Shown here in pieces: positions 37,257 through 51,100 of a DNA stretch of 64,000 bases; positions within the stretch are counted from its first letter, which is position 1; each line of letters starts with the position of its first letter. A program made the position numbers and the translations under genes. The stretch covers positions 10,233,129-10,297,128 of the forward strand of contig CM082576.2 of NCBI GenBank assembly GCA_040954595.2. Reading direction: 5' to 3'. The notes under the pieces were generated by a model. The model made no database searches. It worked only from the letters and a program-made list of their open reading frames with translations, and had not been told where the DNA came from. The DNA comes from Balanoglossus misakiensis. Its lineage: Eukaryota > Animalia > Hemichordata.

Positions 37257-39369
37257 ATGGCTGATCCTGCAGATACCACACAAATTACTGTACATAGCAA
37301 ACGAACTTTGATTCAGATGACAGACATTGTAATTACGGGGGCAAACTCAGTCATCGATAAACACATTGACCTTGATGAAGACCAGAGAACACGCTTTAAA
37401 GAACGTTTTGCAGAGGTAAGTGTGACACTCCCAACATGGACGTACATAGCTGCAATGATTGTAGCGGGTGCTGCTATGCTGCACACCAGTCAACCAAGCA
37501 GCACTGGCCGCTACAATCATTGCAGCTAGGACGTACACACTGTCAACACTCACAGACGTTCGTAACGCGGACGCGCATTTCAGTATCTCACAGTCTTGGA
37601 GCAAGACTATCACAGTGCATGCACTGCAGTCTGCGAAAGCCTTTGCTGCGGGTCCGTAGCCTCACCACTCCCGATCCAAAACAACTGTCCGATTTCTCCA
37701 CTCCTGTCTGACAATCAACATAAACTACACATATCTCTCAGCCAATGTAACAATCCCATCCACCACAATGTTTGTGTGGACTGGAGATGTAGAAGGAATA
37801 GTCAATTGACAGTGAGCACTTTGTCTCAACAGTGTGTGTTTGTCATTTCAGCTTTACAGAGATTGCGTCCATAGCAACGTGATGTGTGATGGTAAAACAT
37901 GGCAAGAGGCAGAGGATGACCTCAACAGAACACAAGGTGCTGTATATTATAAGAAATGAGTTGCTTTGTTTTAACCCTTTCACCACCATGGTTCAGTCCA
38001 AACCCGTTGTTTTCTAGATGATACTAGTACGTTGTATAATGTGATGTATCTTTCTGCTCTACAGAGTGTGAACCGATGAATTTAGATTTGCATCTGCAAG
38101 TAGAAAAGCAGCTTACGCAGATAGATGAACATCTGGTGAAGACGACAAGAAAAAGAAAGTATTATCCCAGAAAGATTACAAAAGATGTCATGATTGAACA
38201 GAAGTGCCTTCGCGAGAGACTGGTGAGTTTACAGAGTCAGAGAATTTATTGCAGAATTTATTTGACTTTGTTGACATACACCATATTTTTTACAAAAACA
38301 TGTCACACAAACAGTAAATCCTGGTACTCTTGCCATTGTTTCTGTATCCACATGTATCGACCAATTGTTAAAATTATTGCTTTTTTAGGAACATTATGAG
38401 CCAGAGAGTCTCCCAACGCTTACAATCCAAGGAGATCTACTTGATAACAAAGGAAGTGAGTACATTATTGGTTTACTGTAGAGGAAGCTTCCAAAAAAAT
38501 ATTTGTATGATATTGCACGCATTACGCTGAATGTTTTTCCATGTGAAAACAGAAGTTTTCCTTGTGCATGATTTTGAAGCTAAAAGTTTTTTTCTTTTCT
38601 AATTTGTTATTTTTTTTTCTCTGCAGTTAAAGATAGCATTCTAGATAGAAACCAGCACATAGCAAAAACAATGTCGAGCCTTACTAAGGTAAGAAAATCC
38701 TTGATCACAATTCATGTGGAAGATGCGCTAAACATACCTTTATCTGAGCTGGTCGAATTGATCTTAATTTGGTACACAGTTGCAGTTCTGAAGTGGCTAG
38801 AACTTATTAGGTTTTGGCATGCGTAGCGCGCATGATAGTGAAGTTTTTGACAAGAAATAAAAATGGCAGTGTTGATGTCTGCAAGTTATTATTGTGAAAG
38901 AAAGGAATCATATTATTGCACCTGGTGAGGGCGCTATCTGTGACAGTGCCAATTAGCAATTGATTCATTTAATTGTGAACCAGATTGACATAACTTCTTC
39001 TAATATCACTACCCCCTGGTACTTATCATGGGAAAACAATTAAATAAGCACATTTTCTTTGAATTTCAGTCACTGCCAAACACAGAGGTCCAGTCAGAAA
39101 GAGTCCTGGGAATGCTCGAACAGGAGTCGAAAGAACACAGCAAAACTCGTAAAGTTATCTCCAAACCTCTACAAGAAGAAGGCGTGATGATGAAATCGCT
39201 GACGCCTTTGAAACAGGCTCTGGAGAAAGACGAAACGCCAACACCCAAGCCGAGTAAACAGCGGAAATCATCCAAGGACAATTTGGCATTTCAGAGAATA
39301 AAAAGACATTCTATTACTAGATACAATTTACGGAAAACTCCTGCAAAAGAGAAAGTGGCGTCGCACTGA
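37257..39369 (+). CDS. NSL1: Kinetochore MIS12-complex subunit NSL1. Exons 37257-37415, 37852-37936, 38065-38222, 38389-38455, 38627-38688, 39070-39369
   Basis: VHSKRTLIQM, VHSNVMCDGKTWQEAED, TTRKRKYYPRKI and KSLP align by eye with human NSL1 (CTSKRAVTEM, VQENISINGQAWQEASD, ATKRKQYPRKI, KSLP). Splice phases are consistent. Confidence 0.85.
37447..37528. mobile_element. Academ(H)-like mini-MITE, 82 bp
   Basis: TIRs TAGCTGCAATGATTGTAGCGG / CCGCTACAATCATTGCAGCTA, with a perfect 9-bp TSD GGACGTACA (37438-37446, 37529-37537). Confidence 0.8.
37975..38016. mobile_element. Truncated piggyBac-like MITE end
   Basis: TTAA|CCCTTTCACCACCATGGTTCAGTCCAAACC is the reverse complement of the right end of 27170-27258. 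Confidence 0.6.
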
Positions 39370-42300
39370 CGACAATTTCACACTCGACAAATGATAAATG
39401 CATGTTAATAGGCCAAGAAAAATGCATATTCATGACACTGCCATTTTAACTTTTGTATAAATTTTATATTACTCATTTTAATATTACTGCATAAGCTACC
39501 TTAATACACAAATACAATGACATACAATGGTCCCCCAGGACTTAATCCATGGACTAACCAGAACACGACAGTGAAATGGGATTTGTATATTCTAGTCTCA
39601 TGATGCATTGGCACATGAACATGTGGACTCCATGCCCTCATGCAAATTGTTCAGTGCCTAGGGAACTCTATTTGTACGGCAGAACTCCAGCAATTACAGC
39701 AGCAAAAAGTGTAGAATAATTAATGTAACAGTCGCACTACATTTGTATTCCATATACCTGGACTTGTACAGAAACATTTTATCATTATTGATTTTTACTA
39801 GTCAAATAAACTTTAACGTTTCTCCTTAATTTTGGCTTTGCTTTCTCATATATGTGTGCAGTTTTTGAACTGTCGCCCCATGAGGATGTTAGGAATGTCA
39901 AATATCACCAGATATTAATTTCATATGTCATATTCAATGTCTTTCAACACAACTTGTGTCTCAAGTATAGTGTCAACATCAGTCACTTTTGGCCAAATTA
40001 TCAGAGCGTACCATCCATTAGTGTTGTGATGAAGTCTTTTCCGAATTTTGATGAAATTGTCTGCGTCATCAGTTCAGTCAAAAATTCTTTCCTTAGGGTA
40101 AAAAAAAACCCATGAACATTTTGGCTAATACAACTTGAAATTAGGGCAAAGACACTACCAAGAGTGAATGTGTTGCCCAGACATGACCAAAAAGAAGACA
40201 AACATCACCATTGAGAGAGGCAAATACTGGTGTTAGGTTTGTGTGTGTTAGTGCTTTGTTCAGAATTCTTAGGGGCGCATGTCCTCGTCTCAAAATCTGA
40301 CCCTGGCCTCAACAAGATCTTTCCTGAAAAACTCCAAATGGTTTTATCAGTGAATAGGTCACTTCTAAGTGTAGGAAACTGGCTTTTGTATTCTTCCAAT
40401 ATGAAATTATGGGGTGTCATATTTTGTGATGTATAAACTCCAAGAGTGATAGTTTTTCTGGGTTAATAAACAAGGCCTGCATCATGTAAACTATCCAAGC
40501 AGTGTTTGAACATTTGGTCAATGGGTCAGTGCTCCTGTGAATAAACACATCCTTGATTTTTTTGTATTGCTGAGGTAAACTTAACCTTCGCAAACCACTC
40601 AGTACTCAATGGATAGGTCATTTAATACGGTTAATTATAATGCTCACATTCAGTGAAAGCTCATGATGTTGAAAGGTGTTTACACACAATGGGTACATGG
40701 CAAAGCCAAGAGAACGCTATCAAAACAGTTGTACCTAAACTTCACTCAGTTTTGTGTACATTTATGACAATGACCGACTCTATTACATTAGCGTTTTTTA
40801 TAGTTGCTAGAAAGGCCAATGGATTGTTATAAACATTCTAAGTTGGGTGTATGTAAATAGTATTACCCCAATTCAAAAAAGATTGAGAAGTAACATATTG
40901 TCTCGTTGTCCATTCAAGACTTGGAAGCCCTTTCTTGATCAATTTCCCAGAGGGGGATTTTTCAGACACAGGGTCACATGACCCCCGTGCCATACCAAAA
41001 CATTTCCCCCAACAAGGTCAAAGGTCAGTGCCTCATTTGACGTCTGCCTGCCTGTTGTAAAAACAGCATAAAGAATCTTCCAAAATTCGTTAGAGTTGGT
41101 TGAAAATAGTACAGTGGACCTTGCCAAATTCACTGAACACAGTAGAGTTAACCTATGGAGAATAACTATGAGACATGAAGCAGGTGGTTTTTTCCCTAGC
41201 AACCGGAACTTCCTGAACATTACTGACTGATGAAGAATTCCGAACAAACAAGTCCTACTGCATTTCCTCTCAAATATTCATGAAATTTGCAAATTCAAAT
41301 ATGCATAACGCTCCTCTGTCAACTTAATTTTTCTGTGACAACAAGAATATTGTTTGATTTTAATCTCAAGGCTGCAGTGAATCATTAACATATTTCAATA
41401 TTATCTTTTATCCTTCCATGAATATTTCATGCGACAGTCCAGAATAGGCTAAGATTGTACCACAAAAAAGAGTGTCTGTTTGAGGCAAACCACTGCTAAA
41501 CCTTTCTTGCACAGGTACGTGGTAACTGACTGAAAACAAGTCAAGAGGTTTTTGAGAAGTCAAAACAGACTACTGACCACAGGGGTTTTTCTGACTGAAT
41601 GCCTGAAATGTCTAATGAAAAGTAGAATTGAAACAAATAGCAATATTCACCAATTATAGTTTTATTGATGTTCTTAATTTGCTGTTTTTCCTTGTAATTT
41701 ACAAGAGCCAATGAGAGCAAAAATCATTGGCAAAAGAGAAATGTATTTTATAATAATGCAAATGGAATGAGGTCAACATTGGTATGTTGACATAAATATA
41801 CTAACATGACTATATTTATCTGAATATTAAACACAACAGTAGAGCTGTTTTTACTTTTGCCATTGGGTGGGGGCGGGGTCACTTGTTGGTTCGAGCTTCT
41901 CCACACGAAGAAATATCCATCAATATGTTTGGTCATGTCGCCCGACTGCCTTGTATCAGCTGCATACACGTACATCCATATGAATACTTTACGCAAAAGC
42001 TGACCATTCTCTATGGGCTGCAGTCTAAATGCCTTAATTGCTTCGACGTGGAGAGGCCATGCCACTCTTGATGCAAATTTCCTGTTCAAGTCTCGGTGGC
42101 CATTGTTGCGATCTGTTTTCTTTCTCCGCATTGTACATGCTATTGACGTCAGCCACACAACGCCGCGATATCATTACTGGCACACTTGTTAAAGCTCCAC
42201 CACTCAGAGAGTAATTTTTCACCGAAGTCATAACGGTTGAATGGAAGGGGAATGCAGTAATGATTTTCTTCAGTTAAACATTAGCACAAAGGATCGCAAA

Positions 42301-42883
42301 TCGTTTAACTTTACTGTTTAAATAAAAAAATGTCAAAGCAACAGGACAACCAACATGTAAAAGAGTTGTTGTAGTACAGTTTGATGTTGACTTGCTCCAA
42401 CTTTCTGTTTGAGTTGCCACCATATTAAGATCTTAAAGTGAAACGTCTACACAAAATATACAATATTTACAAAATGCACACAACAGAAAATTTCAATTCA
42501 ACCTACTTTCCTCAAATAAAAATATGAAAGTAAAAATTAAAAATATTAAAGTAAAAAAGATGTTTCACACAAATTTCAGAACAGACGCTTGAAATGCATT
42601 TAAACGTTTTTAAAGAAGCACAAATTGACAATAGAGAAAAAAAAGACAATCAGAACACGAGATCTGTGTAGGGTTCGTGTTCACACACCCTGTGGAAATA
42701 CGACCCAGCTCTGGCAGATTGTGCCAAGCTGATCTACTCTATAATTGTACTCTTCGGGGACAAGTCACAATAGACCGGCAGCCATGTCTGTCATCACAAG
42801 GACGGAAATATTTTGGTGTGGCTGCACTGTAGCTTTCATACAGTCTTCAGTTTCCGACAGCAAACATTGAAAATCGCCAAATA

Positions 42884-45800
42884 TTATCGCCTTCCGATTT
42901 GTGCTTTGCTGGATCCTCTCTTGAGAGCGTTCGTCTGTGGCTGTTTGGACTTGGCAACGCCTCCTGTTGGAGTGGTCGCCTGTGGCACTCCTCTGCGACG
43001 TGCGTCTTTGAAGGTTGGGGATGGCGCCTCGCTGCGATCTTCGAATCTGCTCTTGGATTCTCTGCCTTTGTTCGAATCTTGACTTGTCCTGGATAAGTTT
43101 GGTTTGGGATTCAGTCGGGCTGTCAATGAAGACAAATAATTCAGATCTTTTCTTTGTTTCAATCGGAAACTGATTTTGAGGGCAAAAATATTGTATGTCA
43201 ACTTTTTTCTGCCTTACCAAGGAACTCTTTATTTCGGTCCATGCCATGTAACAAGGGATGATACGTGTATTTCTCCTCTTCGCCATCACAATCTCCTGAA
43301 ATCAAAATTGCATCGTTGTAAACCATGGCAACTGCTACATCTTTATCAAAGAGAGGGCATGGTTAATTTTGTAGACGTTTGTGGACATACCATGGGGGTA
43401 GGTGATATAAAGCGATGCAATGAAGCCAATCAGAGAGGGTGTTTCATGATGACATTAACAATAAACATAAGCTGTACTGAAGACATTTCATGAAAAGATC
43501 ATGGATTGGCTAATTCGTTGATGTTAAACACCTGGTAGTTTCTTCTCTCAGCGAACCAAAAATTCATGTATTTAGTTTCAGGGAATATAAAGCTTGCACC
43601 TTGTAAAAATCAGCGTCAGATAGTCTAACTGGATAAAATGAACGGACTTACTTTCAACTCTCAGCAAAATGAAAACACTTCTCTCAGCCAAATATTGTCT
43701 GCCGTAATCTGTTGGATTTGTCAGAAGGTGCATGACATTGCCAGTCTCATCACAAAGTTCCACCAAATCTGTGTAAACAAAAGACAAGTAATCAGTCACT
43801 TAATTTCTGTTTTTGCAGATTTTGATCAACAAGATCAATTCTCTTCACATTTTTGTCAGTTTTCGAAACCAAGCACAACTTTTATCAATACATATTTTAA
43901 AGCTGTCACCTACCTTCATCATTGCAGTGACATCTCTCTCTGATGTTGTGAAGTAAAATCACATTCAAACAATTCGGATTGAACAGTTCACACTTGCCAT
44001 CTGGAAGATTTGAATAAATCAAATGGAACACATCAGATACCCACAATCAATCACTAAGAACAGGCAATTTACTCAAGAATAAGAGCAAAATGTTTTTAAA
44101 AATTCCTGGAAAGTCTAGAGAGTGAACTACATAGTACCTTAAAAAGTGTTATGAAGAAACTTAAACACTATTACATTTCCAATTAAACAACTACGAAATT
44201 AAAAAAAGTTAATAAACTTTTTTCTCACCTACCCTGAAAAGAATGTCTGACCCACACAATATTTATAGTAACAGCATATATACTCTGAAATTCCTTTTAC
44301 TCTTTGCCATTTAAAACAAATGCTAATAGTAAGGTCTATTCATTATTTCATAGAGATTGGATTTGTGCAATTCTGCAAGCCATTCCCAACTGGTCAAACA
44401 CAGTCGGCGGGACTCAAAGCCCCTCCCCTGAAAAAATAGTTGGGAGAGGGCACAGTTCCCCCCATTCTAAGGCATCATGTGTGAACACACTGCCTATTCA
44501 TTGCCCATTTAATAAAGCCGCATAACAACCAATTGTTGCCATTTCACAGCAACATTAATAAAAGTGGCTGTACCAAGCTTTGTTTTGCGATCTCTGAAAT
44601 TGGACGCAGCTAGATTTATCAGCCCAGGTTTCGAGAGGTTTATGCACGTATAAAACAGTTTTAATTACTTCACTGAGAACTGGACGTGATTTGTTTCCGC
44701 CATAAATCATTTAATTAAACCGCTAGTCAATCAACGCCACAATAACTATTTCCACGGTCACTGAACATAAAAACGAGAATGCCACAACTGAACTTGGGAA
44801 TAACAGAATCTCGCACTGTCGATCGATCCGACACTCCCAGCAACCGGGATTGTGGGAACCAGATTGCCTAAATGGTGTGTGTGTCACTGTCATTGCAAGA
44901 TGCAATGTAATTTGGTAACACCAAACTTTATTTCTGGTTTTAACAATGGAAATACGTTCATGATTAAAGTGAGTGTGTACAATCCGATCTTTCAAAAAGT
45001 TCGTTCTGCACGCATTGAATATTCATACTGAACTCAAAGTTTGCGAACATAGCATAGGAGAAAACAAACGTTGGCCGCAGCAAGTGGTCTGGCCAACAGT
45101 GTTGTGGTCCGAACAATAAAGTTATACGCAGGCTTCGCGTACACTAGCGGTATTAAGTCACAATGCCCAACGCCCATTGTAACCGCACAATTCAATACAC
45201 AGTCATGTTGTGCTTTCACTCAGACGGAGCTTTGTACGTGCTGAAAGCCACTTGCCAAAGTAGCCGGACTGTCCCCTGTCTAACTTTGGCTACCCTAAGC
45301 TAATTACGAGGGTCAAGTTTGGCGGCTCTTTCAGCGGTTATTAAGAAATCCCACGGGGCTTTTTAAGAGTCAATTGACGGTCACGCTCTTAATGTTCACC
45401 AAGACATTAAATTTGATGAGCAATTGAGACTTTAAAAATAAACACATTAATTTGTACAGCGTCCCCCACCACAAACTTCAAACGAAGCAAAGTTGATACA
45501 AGTAATACGAATAGGTATATTTTTACTGATACACATACAAACAAGTTCTAAATGTGATGTAACGCTAAAAGTTTTTCCCCCAGTAAACATACCCGACAAC
45601 AACAAAAAATCACGTCGGCGTTTAGAAACGAACGAGCAGCAATTGTTAGGATAGTGAATAGAATAACGACCACCGTTGAATAGGCGTTATTTCAACCGTG
45701 ACATTCAAATTACTGCTGTATAGTAAAAGGCATATAACTGTTACAAGCTTAATTGTTCCGCCATCGAAGTTGCGTCGAACAACGCACACGCATGCACGCT

Positions 45801-46150
45801 TATAATAAAAACCGCAGTCACTGTACACTTCGGGGTATAGCGACCAGCCATGTTTATAACATAACGGACCCCATCGCTTTTGTTGATGGAAACCACATAT
45901 CCGGACAGACACACGGCTTTATTTCTATAACACTGTCTGCAGTGTTATTCATGGTGATAAATAAAACCATGATATTATCGTGAGGTCGATCCTTGAGTTA
46001 TTTAAATTCGGAAATTGTGATTTTAGTTTTAAGTCTCCATAGGCCTAAATCTGACGCGTCTTGTGTGTGATTATAGTCTGCTGTGTACACAAAACTTACT
46101 GTGCATATGCACACATACTCACCTCCGTACTTGACCGTTATAAACATCAT
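42884..46150 (-). CDS. CXorf65/C22orf15-family protein. Exons 46150-46123, 44000-43914, 43768-43652, 43295-43218, 43119-42884
   Basis: MMFITVKYGDGKCELFNPNCLNVILLHNIRERC..DLVELCDETGNV...YGRQYLAERSVFILLRVE...YHPLL resembles CXorf65 (MFIFIKHGDNQQFLVNTNC..IDLCEQTG..YASKYLTARSTYYVCKVE). Basic, disordered tail; all splice phases fit. Confidence 0.8.
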
Positions 46151-46750
46151 CCACTATTTTCTTCGACACAATATCACGAGGCCGCAACATCCGATTGTCA
46201 AAGTCAGACGGCAACGCGACGCCCAACTATATTGCGCTTCTGTGAAACGCGTTGTGTTGTTGGATATTGGAACCAGTTCTTTGTCAGTAACGTTGTAATG
46301 GATACACACACTCTTCCAGAATGCCACAAAGGTTGCGGGAAGAAGGTTAAAATCAAACCAGTCTTGGACCGATTTCACGGAGATACACACAGCAATAGAG
46401 CCAGAACTTCTAACTGACGCGTCAGTGCCTCTAATCGATCGAAATGAACAGTTAATATCAGCTAATCGTGTCAAAATTACCTACACTGTAGCAGTATCGA
46501 ACGAGTCTATCGCGACTGTCTGTCTTGCAACAACAGATAGGCTGCACTGAGAACGCGATCCTTTTGTTAGGTCAAAGGTTTTGGGTTATGGTGATACACC
46601 TTAATGCGACATACACGCACTGTCCTGCCGACTGTTGCTTAGTGTAGCCAAGGGACAAATATAATCCGTGACTGCGAGTGTGTTTATAAATTGAATGGCA
46701 TCCTTGCACATGATGATGGGGTGCGCGAGGGCGCGCGCGCTGATGATGCT

Positions 46751-46764
46751 ATTGCTATGACAAC
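46751..46764 (-). promoter_or_regulatory. X-box-like element upstream of the CXorf65-like gene
   Basis: GTTGTCATAGCAAT on the minus strand, one mismatch from the RFX consensus. Confidence 0.45.
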
Positions 46765-48134
46765 ATGCGCAGCCGCAGTATCAATTTCATAACATTCAAA
46801 CCGCAGGGAATTCATAATGGACGTGGACCTAGAACTCAGTTATTAGACATTTTCCGCACAAACGTCAGATATTTATTATTTTATAGCTTACTATTCAAAA
46901 TTAATAATCAAAAACGGTGCTAAAATAATCTTCAGTTCAATATCCGGGCCGTCGTGGAAGGTGTTCTTATCAGTGAAAAAAGCAACTTTATCAAGCGTGA
47001 AAAATATTAAACTTGCCCCAGACGTGATGCCATGATTTAGGCTATGCACCTGTATGCGTGCATAGCCTTGCTCGAATAAAACTTCGCTTGACAAAGATGA
47101 TTACTCACACACGATTTTTACTGCATGTCCTCGGTATTGACGTCATAGTTGCCACGCATGTGGGGATGCACTGCTGAGGAACTGTTGCGCGAGTTTTGTG
47201 ATTAATACGCTTATGTGGAAAAAGTTTCGAAACTTTTAGTCGACATATAATAAAAAAGGACACATGTTTGGCATTTTCCTGCCTGGAGTTCTAAACGCGT
47301 GTAGGGGAATAGCAGCATCTTTGTACCAGAAAGGGTTTTCGGTGCAAGAGTAGCACTTGCAACTTTATTCCCCTTCAGCCTGACTATGAGGCACAGTGCG
47401 CCCTCTGTTGGTGGGGTCTCTTTTTGTTGAAATGTTAGGTGTAGGGTTTACACGCACAGACCCTCTTTCAAATGTGAGACATATCAGACGGTATGAGGTC
47501 TACAGGATGTTCTGATGTGTCTAAATCAGATATGCAATATTATTCCATGAAGACGCCACTGATTTTGTGCTTCAGATTGTAAAAGTTACATCTGACTCTG
47601 GTGTCCTAATTATTACTCCTGTCACCATTTACCTCCATAAGTCACATTGGTGAGCTCTCATTTCGATTTACAACCTGCCAAATGACCAATTACAAAGGTA
47701 TAAGAAAAGCAATACTCAAAAATAACAAAAATAGAATAGTAGTAGAAATAAGTTTTATTATTCGTATCAAGCAATTGAAACAATTCTGTACTTGACAACT
47801 TGCAGTATAAATTTCAATTTGCAATTCCTATTTAGAACAGCTCTCTTCATCTTTTTGAAAATTTAAACATTTTTGATGTTTTGAAGTGAATTTTCAATCT
47901 GCAGCTAGGCTTTTACTGAATGACTGACCAAGAATGACGATGATGAAGGCAAATGCAGGGACAAAGCTCTACAAAATAAAATCCTACATGAAATCAGTGA
48001 TTTTTGATTTGTATATACATTGACTACTAGTATATAGTGTTATACATCCATTACGTGTACTATAATTATCCATAAATCCACAAAGTCTGGTTCACATTGC
48101 GGATCACACCTGCTCTCCTTGAAAACACCCGGAT

Positions 48135-51100
48135 TTACTTGAGTTTTCCCAGTTCTTCCTGTGAGGGCACATACCAGTAGGTTCCCTTGACACATTCAGT
48201 CAATCGCATCACATCGTCAGAGAGGCCATCTTTATCTGTTGTAGGGGTACAAGGCGAAATGATATCAATACTTACTACCAAGGTTCAAATATTTGAATTG
48301 TACACACAGGGAGAGGACACTATAGAACATACAGTTTCTAGACATGAATGTCATTCAGTTGAAAATGTACAGTAAATATAACCCATACATGTACATGACA
48401 GTTGGCAAGACTGTTTGGTGTATGCAATTCTATAATTTTTGTAAACATGTTCAAAAGATAATGAAGGTCAAATGCACAAATCAGATCTAAATCTTCCAGT
48501 GCTACGGTACATTCAGATAATGTAATACAGCAGCAAGAATTGGTTATGTCACTATTTTGAGCAGAAACAGTTGTGGACAGGTCATCAGTACCCAGGGAAT
48601 ACATGGACTTCGGACAATTACAAAAACTTACCAGCGCCAACCATTCTATCCAGCATATACTCAAAGTTATCTGGAGCAGCGGCATAGGCAATGAAGAAGA
48701 GGCCGGACTCCCCAGTCACACTGCCATATGGCTGAGACTGGCGTACAATCTCAAACATCTTCTTCTGTTGGAAGTTGGTGCCACCTGCATACATAGAAAG
48801 TAAAAATTCATGAGGCCACAGGTGTCTTCAGATACTTCCAGATTAGAACATCAGATTCTTGAAGTTTAAAATGAATTTTTGCCTTTTTCATTACCTGTCA
48901 TGCGTGCTACGTGAGATGTTGCTGGCTTTCTGGAGAGTTCAGTGCTGTCTCCAATGCTACGTCCAACCCAGCCTTCTTTCACCTTGTCTGAGGAAATAAA
49001 CAATAGTAAAGCATTGTTTTCACGACAGAAAAATACAGGTAAAGAGTTCACAGACAGACAAGCACAGTCCAGTCCATAACAGCCCCAGGCCATACACACC
49101 TGCAGGGACTAAAAACATCGAAGCGTACACTAACCTTTTTCCTTTTGAATGACATCATGTTTGTGGATCCATTTTTGTGTAATCTGCAAGTCAAATAAAA
49201 TCCTTTTATCCTCTTTAAACAAAATCACAGTACCAGTAATACAGGCTATCTGTACCGGGTACGTACTTCCAGTTTATAACATGTAAAAGTTGTTCCAACA
49301 ATTTTTCAATTATTTATGTGACAGGATTAATGTACTGTCAACCATGTGAACAATTCTTTGCCAAACACAGTTGACAACTTGAGACACTGTATCCAAAAGT
49401 TTTTCCCCGTCTACAAGAAAATCACAAGCCGTGTGTTACGTTATGTTTTTAGGTTATGTAATTGTGACGACAAGAAGATTTCTTTACCAGGTAGCTGCTG
49501 CCGTTAGATTTGTCCACTGCAACATCAAATCTGCTGTCATCATCGGCGGGATTCTCGGTGCCTAGAGAAGGACAAACAGAGAAAATCTTGGTTAACACAC
49601 AGAAATTGCACACACTAGTACAGAAATATAATTCTTGAATCGCACCTACTAAAAGATGAAATATCGGCACAATACCAGCATGCCTTCTCAGTGATCACTT
49701 TACCTGTTCACATAAACTCATGGTATGCTAGAAATCAGCTTAAATGCTAAAAGTATAATCATGCAATATATTGAAAAAATCAACTCTTCAATGCTATAAA
49801 ATCATGATATGTTGACATCCAGTGTAAAATTACGAGCCTGCAATGCCGACAATGTATTTAGCAACCACAGTTCTAAGTCTCCTTACCATCAATGAAGCCT
49901 GAAAGATCTCTGCCATTTTGGTAGACCCAGCCATAAATGTCTTCTGCCGAGTCCACTGAATCAGCTGGCAGCTGGCGGAGAATCCTCTGACACAGTTCAA
50001 ACAGTTTGCTGTAGCTGTTGCTTTTAGCATGGATGAAAATGTCACCACCTGGAAAAAAAAGATACAATTAATAAATCTCTTGTTCTTTATTATTACGAGT
50101 GCTCAGATTTACTATCATGTGATTATGCTTCTTGACCATGCATCAGAGTAGACTGATAGCACAAAGTCAAACATTAAAATTGACCATCTGAACTGCATGA
50201 AAGAAATATCAATATTTTACTCATTAAAATTATCCGTAAATGCTTACCTGTGCTAGGCATGTGTCCTAGAGAACCTTTACGATGAGGGTAAGTGTAATTA
50301 TGGCGAGGTTTCCCTTGAACCTATTCCGAACAAATTATTTTCATTCGATAAGGTGGCGAGTAATATATAGTTAAGTTTCACAAGTAAAACAGTGTGCACA
50401 AAACGTACACGATTTTGAATTGGATAAAAACCACCAAAGAGTAAGTGTCATTTAAATTCACATTCTGACCTGAGTTAGGTTCTTTTAAATTGTAAGAAAC
50501 ATACTTGGTATGTCAACACATTATAAATTGTTTCTCAGAACATTGAGAAAATGGATGTGCCCCACAGTCCTTACTTTGGCGATGAAATTCGGACCAAATG
50601 CGACACCAGCAAAGATTTCATCATCTTCATCTCGTAGACTCGGTGGACAGACCGCATCCACGTGACTTGGGATGTTTGCAACCACTTTGGCGCACTGTTT
50701 TGCATCGGCAGTTGGTTTAAGATGGATCCACAGATACAGGGCGTGCTCTTTGGTTCCCGAAATCACCTGTCAAGGAAACCAGCTTCAGTGACATAGTTCT
50801 TATCAAAACAAAACACAGTGCCATTGTACAAAGTTGTGTGCATATTAACCTATACATTTTGTATACTGTTCAGCATCATTTTCAGGGATGGAAATTGGAT
50901 AATTTTGTGTATACCATCGTTTAACTGTATGCCATATCTGCGACAGCGCGGCACAGACACATAAATTGTAGTGGTAACAAAAGCCCTTTTTGTACCTGCA
51001 ATTCAACACTGACCATTACAAAAAAATGAAATTTTCAAATGGTGAAGTTAATACATGACATACCGATGGCTGGGGAGAGCTTGTAGCTGCAGACACAGTA

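Noticed and set aside
42765-43289. 174-aa minus-strand ORF
   Set aside because: Alternative frame across real exons and an intron of the CXorf65-like gene.
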